The position numbers and the translations under genes were made by a program. DNA of 30,378 nucleotides from positions 1-30,378 of the forward strand of contig JBGSMD010000057.1 in NCBI GenBank assembly GCA_041740355.1. Reading direction: 5' to 3'. Positions within the stretch are counted from its first letter, which is position 1. Every line of letters begins with the position of its first letter. The DNA comes from Bdellovibrionota bacterium (GTDB taxonomy: Bacteria > Bdellovibrionota_C > UBA2361 > CALJRW01). The notes beneath the pieces are model-generated. The model did no database searches. It saw only the letters and a program-made list of their open reading frames with translations, and had not been told where the DNA came from. Below, piece by piece: positions 20,119-29,413 of this stretch.

Positions 20119-20388
20119 ATGAAAAAATATCAACTTGAAATTACAGAAGATCAGGCACTAGTCCTTTTTGAATTGTTTAATCGGTATGACAAAACTGGAT
20201 CATTTCACTTTGAACATCCGGCAGAATACCTAGCGTTACAATCACTGGCTCGGCAAATAGATAAAACTTCTTCCTCAGTATTTGAGCCAAATTATGCAAA
20301 ACTACTGCAAGATGCGAGAGATTGCATCGCCGAAGGTTTTGATGGTCTTGTACCGGTAAACAATCTGAAAAATACCCCATCTCATTAG
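20119..20388 (+). CDS. Small hypothetical protein
   Basis: 89 aa with protein-like composition. The pattern DQALVLFE...AE..AL...F.P.Y..LL..AR resembles a small family I recall but cannot name. Confidence 0.7.
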   Translation: MKKYQLEITEDQALVLFELFNRYDKTGSFHFEHPAEYLALQSLARQIDKTSSSVFEPNYAKLLQDARDCIAEGFDGLVPVNNLKNTPSH

Positions 20389-20432
20389 ACCAAAATCTAA
20401 TTCTTTTTCTAAAGTTTCCAATCTACTGGCCG

Positions 20433-21065
20433 ATGTATATATATATATCAAATTTCATGTTCAGACTTAAAATAAAGCAAAATAAAGCATTTTCACTGGT
20501 GGAATTAGCTGTAACTGTTTCTGTTCTTGGAATAATCAGTTCGATGGCTATTGCTCAAGTTCAAGAATATCGAGAACGAGCTAATGATCTGACTGCCCTC
20601 ACACAACTTGTACAAGCGCGCACGTCTTTTGAGGCCTTGATGGCCGATGATGTTAATAATCGAAACTTTAACTATATATTTAGTTATGGCTCTGGTGTGG
20701 CACAGCTAGATGAGCTGGCTTCTGGCAAGCAATCATTAATAGATGGTACTATGGCTTGGTCAGATCAACCATTACCAGGACTTAATCATGATCCAAAAGT
20801 CAACCTAAGGGCCTGTGGGAATAGTTCCGTATTTATGGTGCTAACATCGCACTCTGAGGGTTCATCTAAAGACGTTAATATTAGAAGAGGAGGGGTCGAC
20901 AGAAATGACCCAAGATTTTTACAGCATATCTTTTATTCCGCTACTCTTGGTAGCTCCCCATCAGCAGGGACAGGTACGCCATACTCCTACTACGACGAAA
21001 CTCCAGGTAGACCGGCAATAATACCTACCTGTCCGCTTGCTACACCACCGGTACCAGTACCTTGA
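20433..21065 (+). CDS. Type IV pilin-like protein (second paralog)
   Basis: KA|FSLVELAVTVSVLGIISS motif and Pro-rich C-terminus. Alternative start ATG at 20457. Confidence 0.85.
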   Translation: MYIYISNFMFRLKIKQNKAFSLVELAVTVSVLGIISSMAIAQVQEYRERANDLTALTQLVQARTSFEALMADDVNNRNFNYIFSYGSGVAQLDELASGKQSLIDGTMAWSDQPLPGLNHDPKVNLRACGNSSVFMVLTSHSEGSSKDVNIRRGGVDRNDPRFLQHIFYSATLGSSPSAGTGTPYSYYDETPGRPAIIPTCPLATPPVPVP

Positions 21066-21133
21066 TTAAAGTAAATTTTAAGAAGTCTTACAAAAAATAT
21101 TAATTGAGACTTATGATCTAAAAAACCGACATT

Positions 21134-22438
21134 CTAAATCCACCCTAATTCTTGAAATTGTAATTTTAATGTATTATCCCAACTGAATTTTGCGGAGAAT
21201 CCAATCATTTGCTGATTCATTAAACTTGCGACATCCGTAATAAGTGCTTGCTTGGCATGGCCCGAAAACTCTTGCCAATTAGCATAGAAATTTTGGTATT
21301 GTGATAAATTGCTATAGATCAAATTTGAGAGTTCCGTTGCTATTAATTCTTTGGAGAAGTGTTCCTCTGCATAAGAATATGACTCTTTAAACAATAGTAA
21401 TTCTGAATTGCTTACGAATTCCTTTAGAAGCACTATTAGAGTTTCGGTTTCTCCGACTCCCGGGGCAATTTTATAAACCAAGTTTTCCGGAAAAGTATCT
21501 AAGAAACCATAATCGCTAGCAATAATAACTTTGGAACTAGCCATACTAATACCTAAATATGGACAAGGTTGTTCGTATACACTGAAAAGTAAATGTGACG
21601 CGACTGAACTACGTGCTAATGTTTTTTCCCAATTCTTAACTGTTCGGCCAAAAGTTAAAATAACTTGTGACTCCACTTGAAACTCATTAATTAACGCTTC
21701 CGCAAGTTTTTTCTCTGTAAATTCTATCAACCAATTTAATTTCCAAGCTGGACTAGCTTGTAATGCTTTCAATAATTGCGGCATTCTTTCAGCAATTGTT
21801 GGTTTGGCAGTACTGGCTAATTCAAAAGTTGTAACAAACTGAATGTCTTTTGGAATAGCAACTGGAAAAGCTAAATGTTTTGGTTCCAAATTAAATTGAC
21901 TACTAATACTATCTTTAATAACGGAACGTTTAAATTCACTCAAATTTTGTGGATTAGTAAACAATGCTTGTAGCGCATATCCAGCTTCGCGATTTCCAAA
22001 TGGCCCAACAGGTAAATATTTATTACTACGACTTGGCCAATTTATATCAGTCTGCATTAATTCTGGTAATACTTTAGTCCACGGGCTATTTAGAAATGAC
22101 TCAGCACCATAATCAACAAAATTCAAATGATGAAAGATTACTAAGCCAGGAATTAATCCTAGGTGCGCTCTTGAAAAATGGCTCCTGGTGTGGTTTTCAA
22201 CTTGATAAATAAACAGATCAAATGGATTTTGTTGATGTGCCTGAACAGCAGTTAAGTAGTGTGCCGAAGAATAATTTTCATAAGGCTCAAAGCTATCCGT
22301 AAAAACTTTTATCTCCAGTGTCTCAGATAAAATTGGCAAAAGTTCTGCCGAGAAAACTTCACTTAAACTTTCATTTGCAGACTTACTTGGTGTAAACCAA
22401 GCGATGCGAATTTTCTGAGAAGATTCAGAACTATTCAC
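21134..22438 (-). CDS. Divergent GT4-like (GT-B) glycosyltransferase
   Basis: RIAWFTP, IYQVEN...H, MASSKVIIASD. The EX7E region is degenerate. Overlaps the adjacent GT4 gene. Confidence 0.65.
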   Translation of the reverse strand: MNSSESSQKIRIAWFTPSKSANESLSEVFSAELLPILSETLEIKVFTDSFEPYENYSSAHYLTAVQAHQQNPFDLFIYQVENHTRSHFSRAHLGLIPGLVIFHHLNFVDYGAESFLNSPWTKVLPELMQTDINWPSRSNKYLPVGPFGNREAGYALQALFTNPQNLSEFKRSVIKDSISSQFNLEPKHLAFPVAIPKDIQFVTTFELASTAKPTIAERMPQLLKALQASPAWKLNWLIEFTEKKLAEALINEFQVESQVILTFGRTVKNWEKTLARSSVASHLLFSVYEQPCPYLGISMASSKVIIASDYGFLDTFPENLVYKIAPGVGETETLIVLLKEFVSNSELLLFKESYSYAEEHFSKELIATELSNLIYSNLSQYQNFYANWQEFSGHAKQALITDVASLMNQQMIGFSAKFSWDNTLKLQFQELGWI

Positions 22439-23504
22439 AGTTTAGTGGAGAAAGTAAACGTTCAATAATTGTATCCCAACCTGTGGAATTAAGTCCTGAC
22501 TGATCAATCCAAGCTAGTCCATTTAATCCTAATTGCTTTGCCCGGTCCTTGTCTTCTACAAAACGATTCATACCATGGCCAATACTGTCTGGATTTGCAT
22601 CAACAATTAAACCATTCTCTTCATGACGAACAAATTCGAGGGTTCCCCCACTATCATTAGCAGTCAGAACGGGTTTGCCTGAAGCCATAGCTTCTAGTGT
22701 TACATATCCGTAATCTTCGTTATATGGTGCATAGTAAACCGCTAATGACTTAGCAAAAAGATTTACCAAATCTTCATTGCTTACTCGACCTAAAAATTCT
22801 ACACGGTCTTGTAAATGGTGTTTAGCAATTTCATTTTGATAGTAGTCCATTATCCCCGGCTCATCCGGTAGTCCTACTATCTTTAATTTTACTTGTTTAT
22901 GAACGATTGGTAATGCTTTCAGCATTAAGTCCACACGCTTTATACTACAAAGTCGACCTACTGATAAAATATATTCTTCAGCCGGGGCATTATAATATTT
23001 TCCAACTTGCGGAAGTGGCGGATAGAGTACTTCTGCCTTTAAATGATTGTAATGATTTAATCGCTCAACAACATTTGCAGAAATCCCCGCCAAATAATCT
23101 GCTTCTGCTAAACATTGTTGATCGGCAGTTGCAATCATTGATCGTAATGCTTCATCCCTTGGATCATCAGAAAAATCAGCAAATCGGGTTCCGAATAGAT
23201 CATAAATTGCTCGATGCTGGTGGACTAACCAAACACTTTTTTTTGTATGCTTTGCAAAATAATTAGGAAACTTTGTCGCAATTACTAAATCAGTTTTAAC
23301 AGCACCTAAAGTTGAGAAATCAATAGAACGATAATAAGCTGCTTGATTTAGAATTGATTCCTTGGGAAGTACGGTGTAAGGCAATTCGATTAAATCAGCA
23401 TTGTGTCCCCTAGATTTTAGCTCACGTAACAAATCGCGAACCAATACTTCCATCCCACCTGAAGTATAAGGAACTTTAACACCAAGGACTATGATATTTG
23501 CCAT
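22431..23504 (-). CDS. Glycosyltransferase family 4
   Basis: GGME, SVGRL...KR, EDYGYVTLEAMASGKP. Confidence 0.92.
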   Translation of the reverse strand: MANIIVLGVKVPYTSGGMEVLVRDLLRELKSRGHNADLIELPYTVLPKESILNQAAYYRSIDFSTLGAVKTDLVIATKFPNYFAKHTKKSVWLVHQHRAIYDLFGTRFADFSDDPRDEALRSMIATADQQCLAEADYLAGISANVVERLNHYNHLKAEVLYPPLPQVGKYYNAPAEEYILSVGRLCSIKRVDLMLKALPIVHKQVKLKIVGLPDEPGIMDYYQNEIAKHHLQDRVEFLGRVSNEDLVNLFAKSLAVYYAPYNEDYGYVTLEAMASGKPVLTANDSGGTLEFVRHEENGLIVDANPDSIGHGMNRFVEDKDRAKQLGLNGLAWIDQSGLNSTGWDTIIERLLSPLNCE

Positions 23505-23516
23505 GTTATTAATTTC

Positions 23517-24959
23517 CTATTTGACTGAACCAATAATGGCATAATCCATAAAGCCATACAGCAAATTATTAAGCTGTTGGATATTAGCATTAATTGTTTC
23601 CACTGTTCCCTGCCAACGTGGTGGCATTTGTTCGTCGAGTGGGACGGATCTCAAAACACCCGAAACTGGGGATAAGTACTTTATCTCATCTACTTGTAAT
23701 CCCTTTAACTCCATTTGATATCTAAGCGTATCTGGGTGCATTGGCCAGACGTGAGTTGGATCTCTAAAATAATTAGAAGACAAAGCTAATAATGACTGCG
23801 GATTAATAGTCTCAAAAATTATTTTAGCTCCCGGAATTAGTTTAATTTTTGCTAAATTTATTAATTGGTCTAAATATGTACGCTCCAAATGCTCAACCAC
23901 CTGTACGGCAATTAATCCACCGAGAGAAGCATCGGGTTGTTCTGATAAAAATTTAACAGCATCAATTAGCTGAACATTAAAACCTTTAGCAACACAATGC
24001 TCAACCATAGCAGCATCAATATCAATTCCAATACTGGGAATATTATTAGCTTTAAATAACTCAAGTAACTCACCTCGTCCTGAACCCATTTCCATAATAG
24101 GCTGAGTAGCATTAAGAAAGTACGGCAAATAAACTTGTTGACGTCTAGTGATTTCTTCTTCACTTCCTCGGAAACGATTTTCTAGTAATAAATAGGAATA
24201 ATCTGGCAATTCGCTAGTTTGATTTTTTTTGCTGTTAGTTTCAAAACTAGAATTCTCTGGTTTACTAGTTATATTTGCAACTAAGCCTTCTAATCCACGA
24301 CATACAGAATCTACTGTTTTGAAATTTTCTTGATTCTGCTCAGCTAAACCACGTACAACTGTGATTTCTTTTTGTAAATTTTGAATGTGGAACTGTAGAT
24401 CCTTTCCAAAGTTTTTCTCAGTCGATCGAAGACTGGCCATTTGTTCATCTGCTAGTCTTTCGATGTGTTGTAAAGACTTATTGATATCATAATCAATTTT
24501 ACGAATTAGCTCCCAAAAGTTTTCACCATCACGGGCATCAATGTATTTAGCAGTATGATTTAAATGCTTAACTAAATTGATTTGAAATTCTTGTTGTGCT
24601 TGGAAATGGGGTTGTAATAAGCCCCAGATAAATGGCAAAGATTTGCGTTTTAACTTAACTATAATCTTGCCAAGGAATCCCCCACGATGGGAATTAATCC
24701 AGCTGATGTCCGCTTGTTTGGGAATTACATAATTTAGATTTAAATAGCGAAGTTCATCAGAATAAACTAACTCACCGGCCTTTACAGATTTGCCTTGGTA
24801 ACTAGCTATGGCCGGTTGGAATTCAATTTTACTATGGCCAACATTCTCTACATCAGCTTCAACCTTAGCTCGGATTTTAGCCATAATCTCTTGGACGGAG
24901 GGCTTAGAATTACTAGAGCCTTCAGTTGGCTCAACATCATTGATAGTATTAATTGACAT
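23517..24959 (-). CDS. Coiled-coil + class I SAM-dependent methyltransferase (glycan chain-capping type)
   Basis: ENRFRGS, EMGSGRGE, GIDID, QVVEHL, ETINP, DPTH motifs, preceded by a heptad-rich region. Confidence 0.85.
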   Translation of the reverse strand: MSINTINDVEPTEGSSNSKPSVQEIMAKIRAKVEADVENVGHSKIEFQPAIASYQGKSVKAGELVYSDELRYLNLNYVIPKQADISWINSHRGGFLGKIIVKLKRKSLPFIWGLLQPHFQAQQEFQINLVKHLNHTAKYIDARDGENFWELIRKIDYDINKSLQHIERLADEQMASLRSTEKNFGKDLQFHIQNLQKEITVVRGLAEQNQENFKTVDSVCRGLEGLVANITSKPENSSFETNSKKNQTSELPDYSYLLLENRFRGSEEEITRRQQVYLPYFLNATQPIMEMGSGRGELLELFKANNIPSIGIDIDAAMVEHCVAKGFNVQLIDAVKFLSEQPDASLGGLIAVQVVEHLERTYLDQLINLAKIKLIPGAKIIFETINPQSLLALSSNYFRDPTHVWPMHPDTLRYQMELKGLQVDEIKYLSPVSGVLRSVPLDEQMPPRWQGTVETINANIQQLNNLLYGFMDYAIIGSVK

Positions 24960-25134
24960 ACTAAATTTTTACTATCTTGAGGATTATTTTGCAATGAGTA
25001 TCAAATAGATGTTTGCGAAGCAAACAATATTAAGGGCACGAATCCTCCCCTTTTCCAATAATCTGGATTCACTTTATATCTTCCAAAAAAGGGGACGGAG
25101 AGCTGGATACCTTGTGTTATAACTGATAATCAAT

Positions 25135-25968
25135 TTAAAGGGTTGAAATTATATTAGATAATCTCACATAATCCTCAACACTTAAATTCTCTGGTCGTGC
25201 ATCGGGATTAAAATTATGCTCGACTAAAAATTCTTTGGGATTTTCAATCGTTACCGCTTTTAATTTTTTAAGTGTATTTGTAATTTTTTTGCGGCGCTCT
25301 GAAAACATGGCAAGAACAACTTGTCTAAATAACAAATCATCATTAATTTGATATTTAGGTTCCTTAAAAAATCTAAGCTCAATAACCTGCGACTCAACTT
25401 TAGCTTCGGGGTGAAAACAATCTCCCGAAATAATTGGACCTAAAAGTGTATCAGCTTTAATTTGAGTAAAGATACTAAGTGATCCATAGGCTTTAGTATT
25501 AACTTTCGCTGCTAATCGGGCGGCAAATTCCTTTTGCAACATTAATATTGAACGATTAACAGATTTAGCAAAAGTGAGTAAATGAAAAATAATATCAGAT
25601 GAAAAACTGTATGGTAAATTTCCAAAGACAGTTAACCCTTGTGCCAAATCAAAATCATTTTCTTTAATTAGCTCTTCAAAATCAATAAAGCGAACATCTT
25701 CATTGACAATAATCAAATTAGGGAATTTTTTGCGTAAGTGCTCACAAAATTTCTCTTCAATCTCCACTACGATTAAGTTTTCATGATCAGCTAGTTCGGC
25801 AGTTAATGCTCCAAGCCCTGGTCCAATTTCCAATAATTGTTCGTGCTTTTGGGGATTAGCAAATTCTACTATTTCATTTATAACACTGGGAACAATCAAA
25901 AAGTTTTGTCCGCGATCTTTGTTGGGGCGAACTCGTAATTGGTAAAGTAAATCTTTTATTTCATTCAT
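25135..25968 (-). CDS. rsmA: 16S rRNA m6,2A1518/1519 dimethyltransferase
   Basis: GQNFL, EIGPGLG, GNLPY, MLQKE, YGSLS. Confidence 0.96.
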   Translation of the reverse strand: MNEIKDLLYQLRVRPNKDRGQNFLIVPSVINEIVEFANPQKHEQLLEIGPGLGALTAELADHENLIVVEIEEKFCEHLRKKFPNLIIVNEDVRFIDFEELIKENDFDLAQGLTVFGNLPYSFSSDIIFHLLTFAKSVNRSILMLQKEFAARLAAKVNTKAYGSLSIFTQIKADTLLGPIISGDCFHPEAKVESQVIELRFFKEPKYQINDDLLFRQVVLAMFSERRKKITNTLKKLKAVTIENPKEFLVEHNFNPDARPENLSVEDYVRLSNIISTL

Positions 25969-26981
25969 GACAATATTTCAGGTATCAGATATTTTGGAAT
26001 CCGCGAATAAACATTAGTTGTTGGAAATGCTGGTAGTCCTTCAGCTAAACGAGCAGCGGCAACCAAAGCAATCATCCCAGCATTATCCATGCAATGCTTA
26101 AAATCTGGATAATACACTTCTTTACTAATTTTACTAACCTCTGCCCGCAAACATTTATTGGCGGCTACGCCCCCCGTTACAACAATCCGCTTTAAAGCAG
26201 TTTGTTTTTGAACTTTCTTTAACTTGTAAATTAAATTTTCTACGATAGATCTCTGAATACTATGGGCTAATTCTGCTTTAATTTCTGCCGTTAAAGGTTG
26301 TTGATCCTTAACCAGCAGCGAGATCGCTGTTTTTAATCCAGAGAAACTAAAATTTGGTTTCCCTTTCATTACTACTGGCAAACTAAAGCGATCAGCATTT
26401 ACAGTATCAGCAAGCTTAGCTAATTGCGGGCCACCTGGGTAATCAAATCCAAGAAGATGGGCCGACTTATCAAAAGCTTCTCCAGCTGCATCATCAATTG
26501 TTTCCGATAATATATTATATTTACCTAAAGCTTCGACCGCTACAATCTGGGTGTGACCGCCAGAAACTAATAATGCTAAATACGGAAAAGTTAACTCCGG
26601 ATTATTTAAAAAGGCAGCAAGCAAATGTCCTTCGATATGATTCACACCTAAAAGTGGTACCCCAGCAGCCAGGCTTAAACCTTGAGCAAACCCTAAGCCA
26701 GTTAATAAGCAACCTTTAAGTCCTGGTCCAATAGTCACTGCAAGCGCATCCAGACTAACCAACTCTAAATTTAAATCTTGCAATGTTTGATCTAAAAGTA
26801 TTGGTAAATTGCGGGAGTGTTCCCGAGCAGCAAGTTCTGGAACTACTCCACCATACTCAACATGAATATCATTTTGCGAAAGAATTTGTTCTGCTAGAAT
26901 CTTTGTTTGATTGATATTTTGATAATCAATAACAGCAATGGAAGTTTCATCGCAACTTGTTTCGATTGCCAAAACTTTCAT
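25965..26981 (-). CDS. tsaD: tRNA N6-adenosine threonylcarbamoyltransferase
   Basis: IETSCDET, GGVVPE, HIEGH, VSGGHT, DDAAGEAFDK, DNAGMI. Confidence 0.97.
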   Translation of the reverse strand: MKVLAIETSCDETSIAVIDYQNINQTKILAEQILSQNDIHVEYGGVVPELAAREHSRNLPILLDQTLQDLNLELVSLDALAVTIGPGLKGCLLTGLGFAQGLSLAAGVPLLGVNHIEGHLLAAFLNNPELTFPYLALLVSGGHTQIVAVEALGKYNILSETIDDAAGEAFDKSAHLLGFDYPGGPQLAKLADTVNADRFSLPVVMKGKPNFSFSGLKTAISLLVKDQQPLTAEIKAELAHSIQRSIVENLIYKLKKVQKQTALKRIVVTGGVAANKCLRAEVSKISKEVYYPDFKHCMDNAGMIALVAAARLAEGLPAFPTTNVYSRIPKYLIPEILS

Positions 26982-27845
26982 TTATTTAAGTGACGCTAAA
27001 TAGTTAGCCACTGCTTTTAAATCAGATTGTGGCGCAGTCGCATAGAAATTTGTGGGGCAATACTCTGAGCTAACTGCTTGACCATCAGCTGTACGCCCAG
27101 TTTTAAGGTAGTGTAAGAAATTAGCTTCAGTCCAATTTTTTAAATTTGGATTATATTTAGGTTTTAGTGCAGGAGTAATCTTCTGCTGACTACCCTTAAG
27201 TAGGACTTTACCTCCTCCTAAATAATCCGCATCTGAAAACAATGGCGAATCAGCTTGATGACAACCGGCACAATCAGCAACTCGATCTACCAAATACTTA
27301 CCGTATATTTTTGGATTAGAGTCCGAAATTGGTGCAATATAACCAAGAAACTCTGCGCGCTCTTCAAATAGTCCGGTTGTATTTCTCTCCCAAAAAGTAA
27401 TAGCTCGTTTAAATATTTCATTCTTAACAGGCGTCAAGGTTTTTAGGTAAGCATAGATTGCAGTTAAGTCATCGTTGCTAGCTTTCTTAAGTCCCCGGTG
27501 AAAATACCCGGACATGAATTCTGATTTTTTACTTTTGTTTAAGCGAATAGCATCAATAAATTGGGAAAGATTATAATTCCCGATCCCTGATATTGAAGGA
27601 GTAAGATTGGCAGCAAATAATACACCGTAATTATCTACTAGTTCCCTTCCGCCAGCTAAAGCCGAATCTGGATTTGGATTAATACCATGACACGAGCCAC
27701 AAGCCCCTAATCCTTGAACTAACTCTTTTCCACGTTTAATTTTATCATTGGAAGTATTAACTTCTAAGTTAAGGACCGGTCTTTGCCAACAAGCAGTTAA
27801 CAAAATACAACTTATCAAAAAATATTTTAAGAAATGACTTGGCAT
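26982..27845 (-). CDS. Dihaem cytochrome c lipoprotein
   Basis: Lipobox LTAC, haem motifs CGSCH and CAGCH, NLTP, and DL.A...YL in both domains. Confidence 0.88.
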   Translation of the reverse strand: MPSHFLKYFLISCILLTACWQRPVLNLEVNTSNDKIKRGKELVQGLGACGSCHGINPNPDSALAGGRELVDNYGVLFAANLTPSISGIGNYNLSQFIDAIRLNKSKKSEFMSGYFHRGLKKASNDDLTAIYAYLKTLTPVKNEIFKRAITFWERNTTGLFEERAEFLGYIAPISDSNPKIYGKYLVDRVADCAGCHQADSPLFSDADYLGGGKVLLKGSQQKITPALKPKYNPNLKNWTEANFLHYLKTGRTADGQAVSSEYCPTNFYATAPQSDLKAVANYLASLK

Positions 27846-27861
27846 GATAAACTTACTGGAA

Positions 27862-28272
27862 CTATTCTTGATGTTTTAAGTAGGCCATACGTAAATTATG
27901 TAACATTTCCTGCAAAAAGTTAGCTTCGTCTGGCTCTAAATTGCCTGCAGTTTTATTATGTAACATGGCAATTATATCAATTGTCTGCTTTGCCCCCTCC
28001 AGATCAATGTTTGCTTCCATACCTTCGGGGGCCGGTAACTCGCCCATTAGGATTAAAGCTTGGGTTGCTAAAGATGCCACAAATGATGGGAAATTAATTT
28101 GAAATTCTTGATCAGAATCTTGAATTGTAAATCCCTGCTCCGCACCTAATTCTGATGATGTGCTATCTGCGGTCGTTGTTTCTTTTAAACTTTTTTCATT
28201 ACCAGAATCATCAAACCTACGACGATCGTTTACTTTGAAAGATTTAGTTTGTTCGTTTTCGTTATTATTCAT
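27862..28272 (-). CDS. DUF1844 domain protein
   Basis: FKVNDRRRF N-terminus, AKQTID and KTAGNL motifs. Confidence 0.85.
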   Translation of the reverse strand: MNNNENEQTKSFKVNDRRRFDDSGNEKSLKETTTADSTSSELGAEQGFTIQDSDQEFQINFPSFVASLATQALILMGELPAPEGMEANIDLEGAKQTIDIIAMLHNKTAGNLEPDEANFLQEMLHNLRMAYLKHQE

Positions 28273-28326
28273 AATTTAAATCTTAAATCTTGAAAGTTGC
28301 AGGGCTGAAACAAGTAAAAAATAATT

Positions 28327-28403
28327 TATTGTAAGTCCAAAAGTAATTTTCGTAGGTAATTACTTTTTGGTTCTTAATATCCCCCCAGAGGAAAATAAAA
28401 TTA
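28327..28403. repeat. Palindromic element family A, copy 3
   Basis: CCAAAAGTAATT-TTCGTAGGT-AATTACTTTTTGG then AATATCCCCCCAGAGGAAAATAAAATTA. Confidence 0.8.
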
Positions 28404-28471
28404 TATAGTTATGACAAACAACACTAAACTAACTTTAAATTATTCGGAAACTAATTTTTGTCATACCTATA
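28404..28471. mobile_element. MITE-like element family B
   Basis: 15-bp terminal inverted repeats TATAGTTATGACAAA / TTTGTCATACCTATA (14/15 match), TA at both ends, directly after family A copy 3. Confidence 0.65.
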
Positions 28472-28580
28472 TCTTACCCAACAGCTAGGAAACTTCAATG
28501 GTTTTTTAAATATCAAGTATGTTTTAAGGTAATTAATCTCTTTGCAAATTAAACCATTTTAAATACTATACAACAATCAT

Positions 28581-29363
28581 ATGAAATTTAAAATTCTTGG
28601 TTCCGGAGCCTCTATGGGGGTTCCAATGATTGCTTGTAAATGTGCCGTTTGTACTTCAACTGAACCTCGTAACGTTCGTTCCCGATGTTCGGTCTTCCTT
28701 GAAAGCAATCAAGGTTACCGAGTTCTAATTGATACTAGCCCTGACTTGCGCCAGCAAATTCTAACTAATCAAATTGAGGCAATCGATGCAGTTTTTATTA
28801 CCCATTGCCACTTCGATCATGTAGAAGGCTTAAATGAACTTCGTCCCTTTAACTTTAAAAGTGGGAAGCCAATAAAATTATTTATCCATGAGGATCATTT
28901 AGAAAGTTTACTCATAAGGTTCGACTATATCTTTAAACCAAACCCTGATTATCCTGGTGCTCCGGCAGTGCTTTTTGAAATTAATACTTTTAAGTCATAT
29001 GAAATTCTGGAAATATTTGACTTAAAAATTCAGACACTATGGGCTGAGCATGGCAATATTAATGTTGCTGGTATCATTTGTAATCAAATTGCCTACATAC
29101 CTGACTGTAGTGGATTTTTAGAAAAAGACCGTAAATTGCTTGCTGGGATCGAACACTTAGTAATCGACGGAATGTGGCCAGAAGTAATCGCTAAGAATCA
29201 TTTTAACATTGAGCAGGCAATAGAATTTGGAAAAGAAGTGATGGCGAAAAATATTTACCTTACTCACCTTTCTCATCGAGTGGATTATACAGAACGTCAT
29301 AAATATCAAACAGATAATATACAACTCTGTTATGATGGCATGTCTTTACCCTGTAAAACTTAA
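28581..29363 (+). CDS. MBL-fold metallo-hydrolase, PhnP-like
   Basis: GSGASMGVP, CKCAVC, THCHFDH (HxHxDH), THLSH. Confidence 0.9.
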   Translation: MKFKILGSGASMGVPMIACKCAVCTSTEPRNVRSRCSVFLESNQGYRVLIDTSPDLRQQILTNQIEAIDAVFITHCHFDHVEGLNELRPFNFKSGKPIKLFIHEDHLESLLIRFDYIFKPNPDYPGAPAVLFEINTFKSYEILEIFDLKIQTLWAEHGNINVAGIICNQIAYIPDCSGFLEKDRKLLAGIEHLVIDGMWPEVIAKNHFNIEQAIEFGKEVMAKNIYLTHLSHRVDYTERHKYQTDNIQLCYDGMSLPCKT

Positions 29364-29366
29364 GCC

Positions 29367-29398
29367 AAAAAAAGGGAGCTAATAGCTCCCTTTTTTTT
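29367..29398. terminator. Bidirectional intrinsic terminator
   Basis: A7-GGGAGCT-AAT-AGCTCCC-T8 between convergent genes. Confidence 0.9.
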
Positions 29399-29413
29399 CA
29401 AAAGTCAAAGCGA

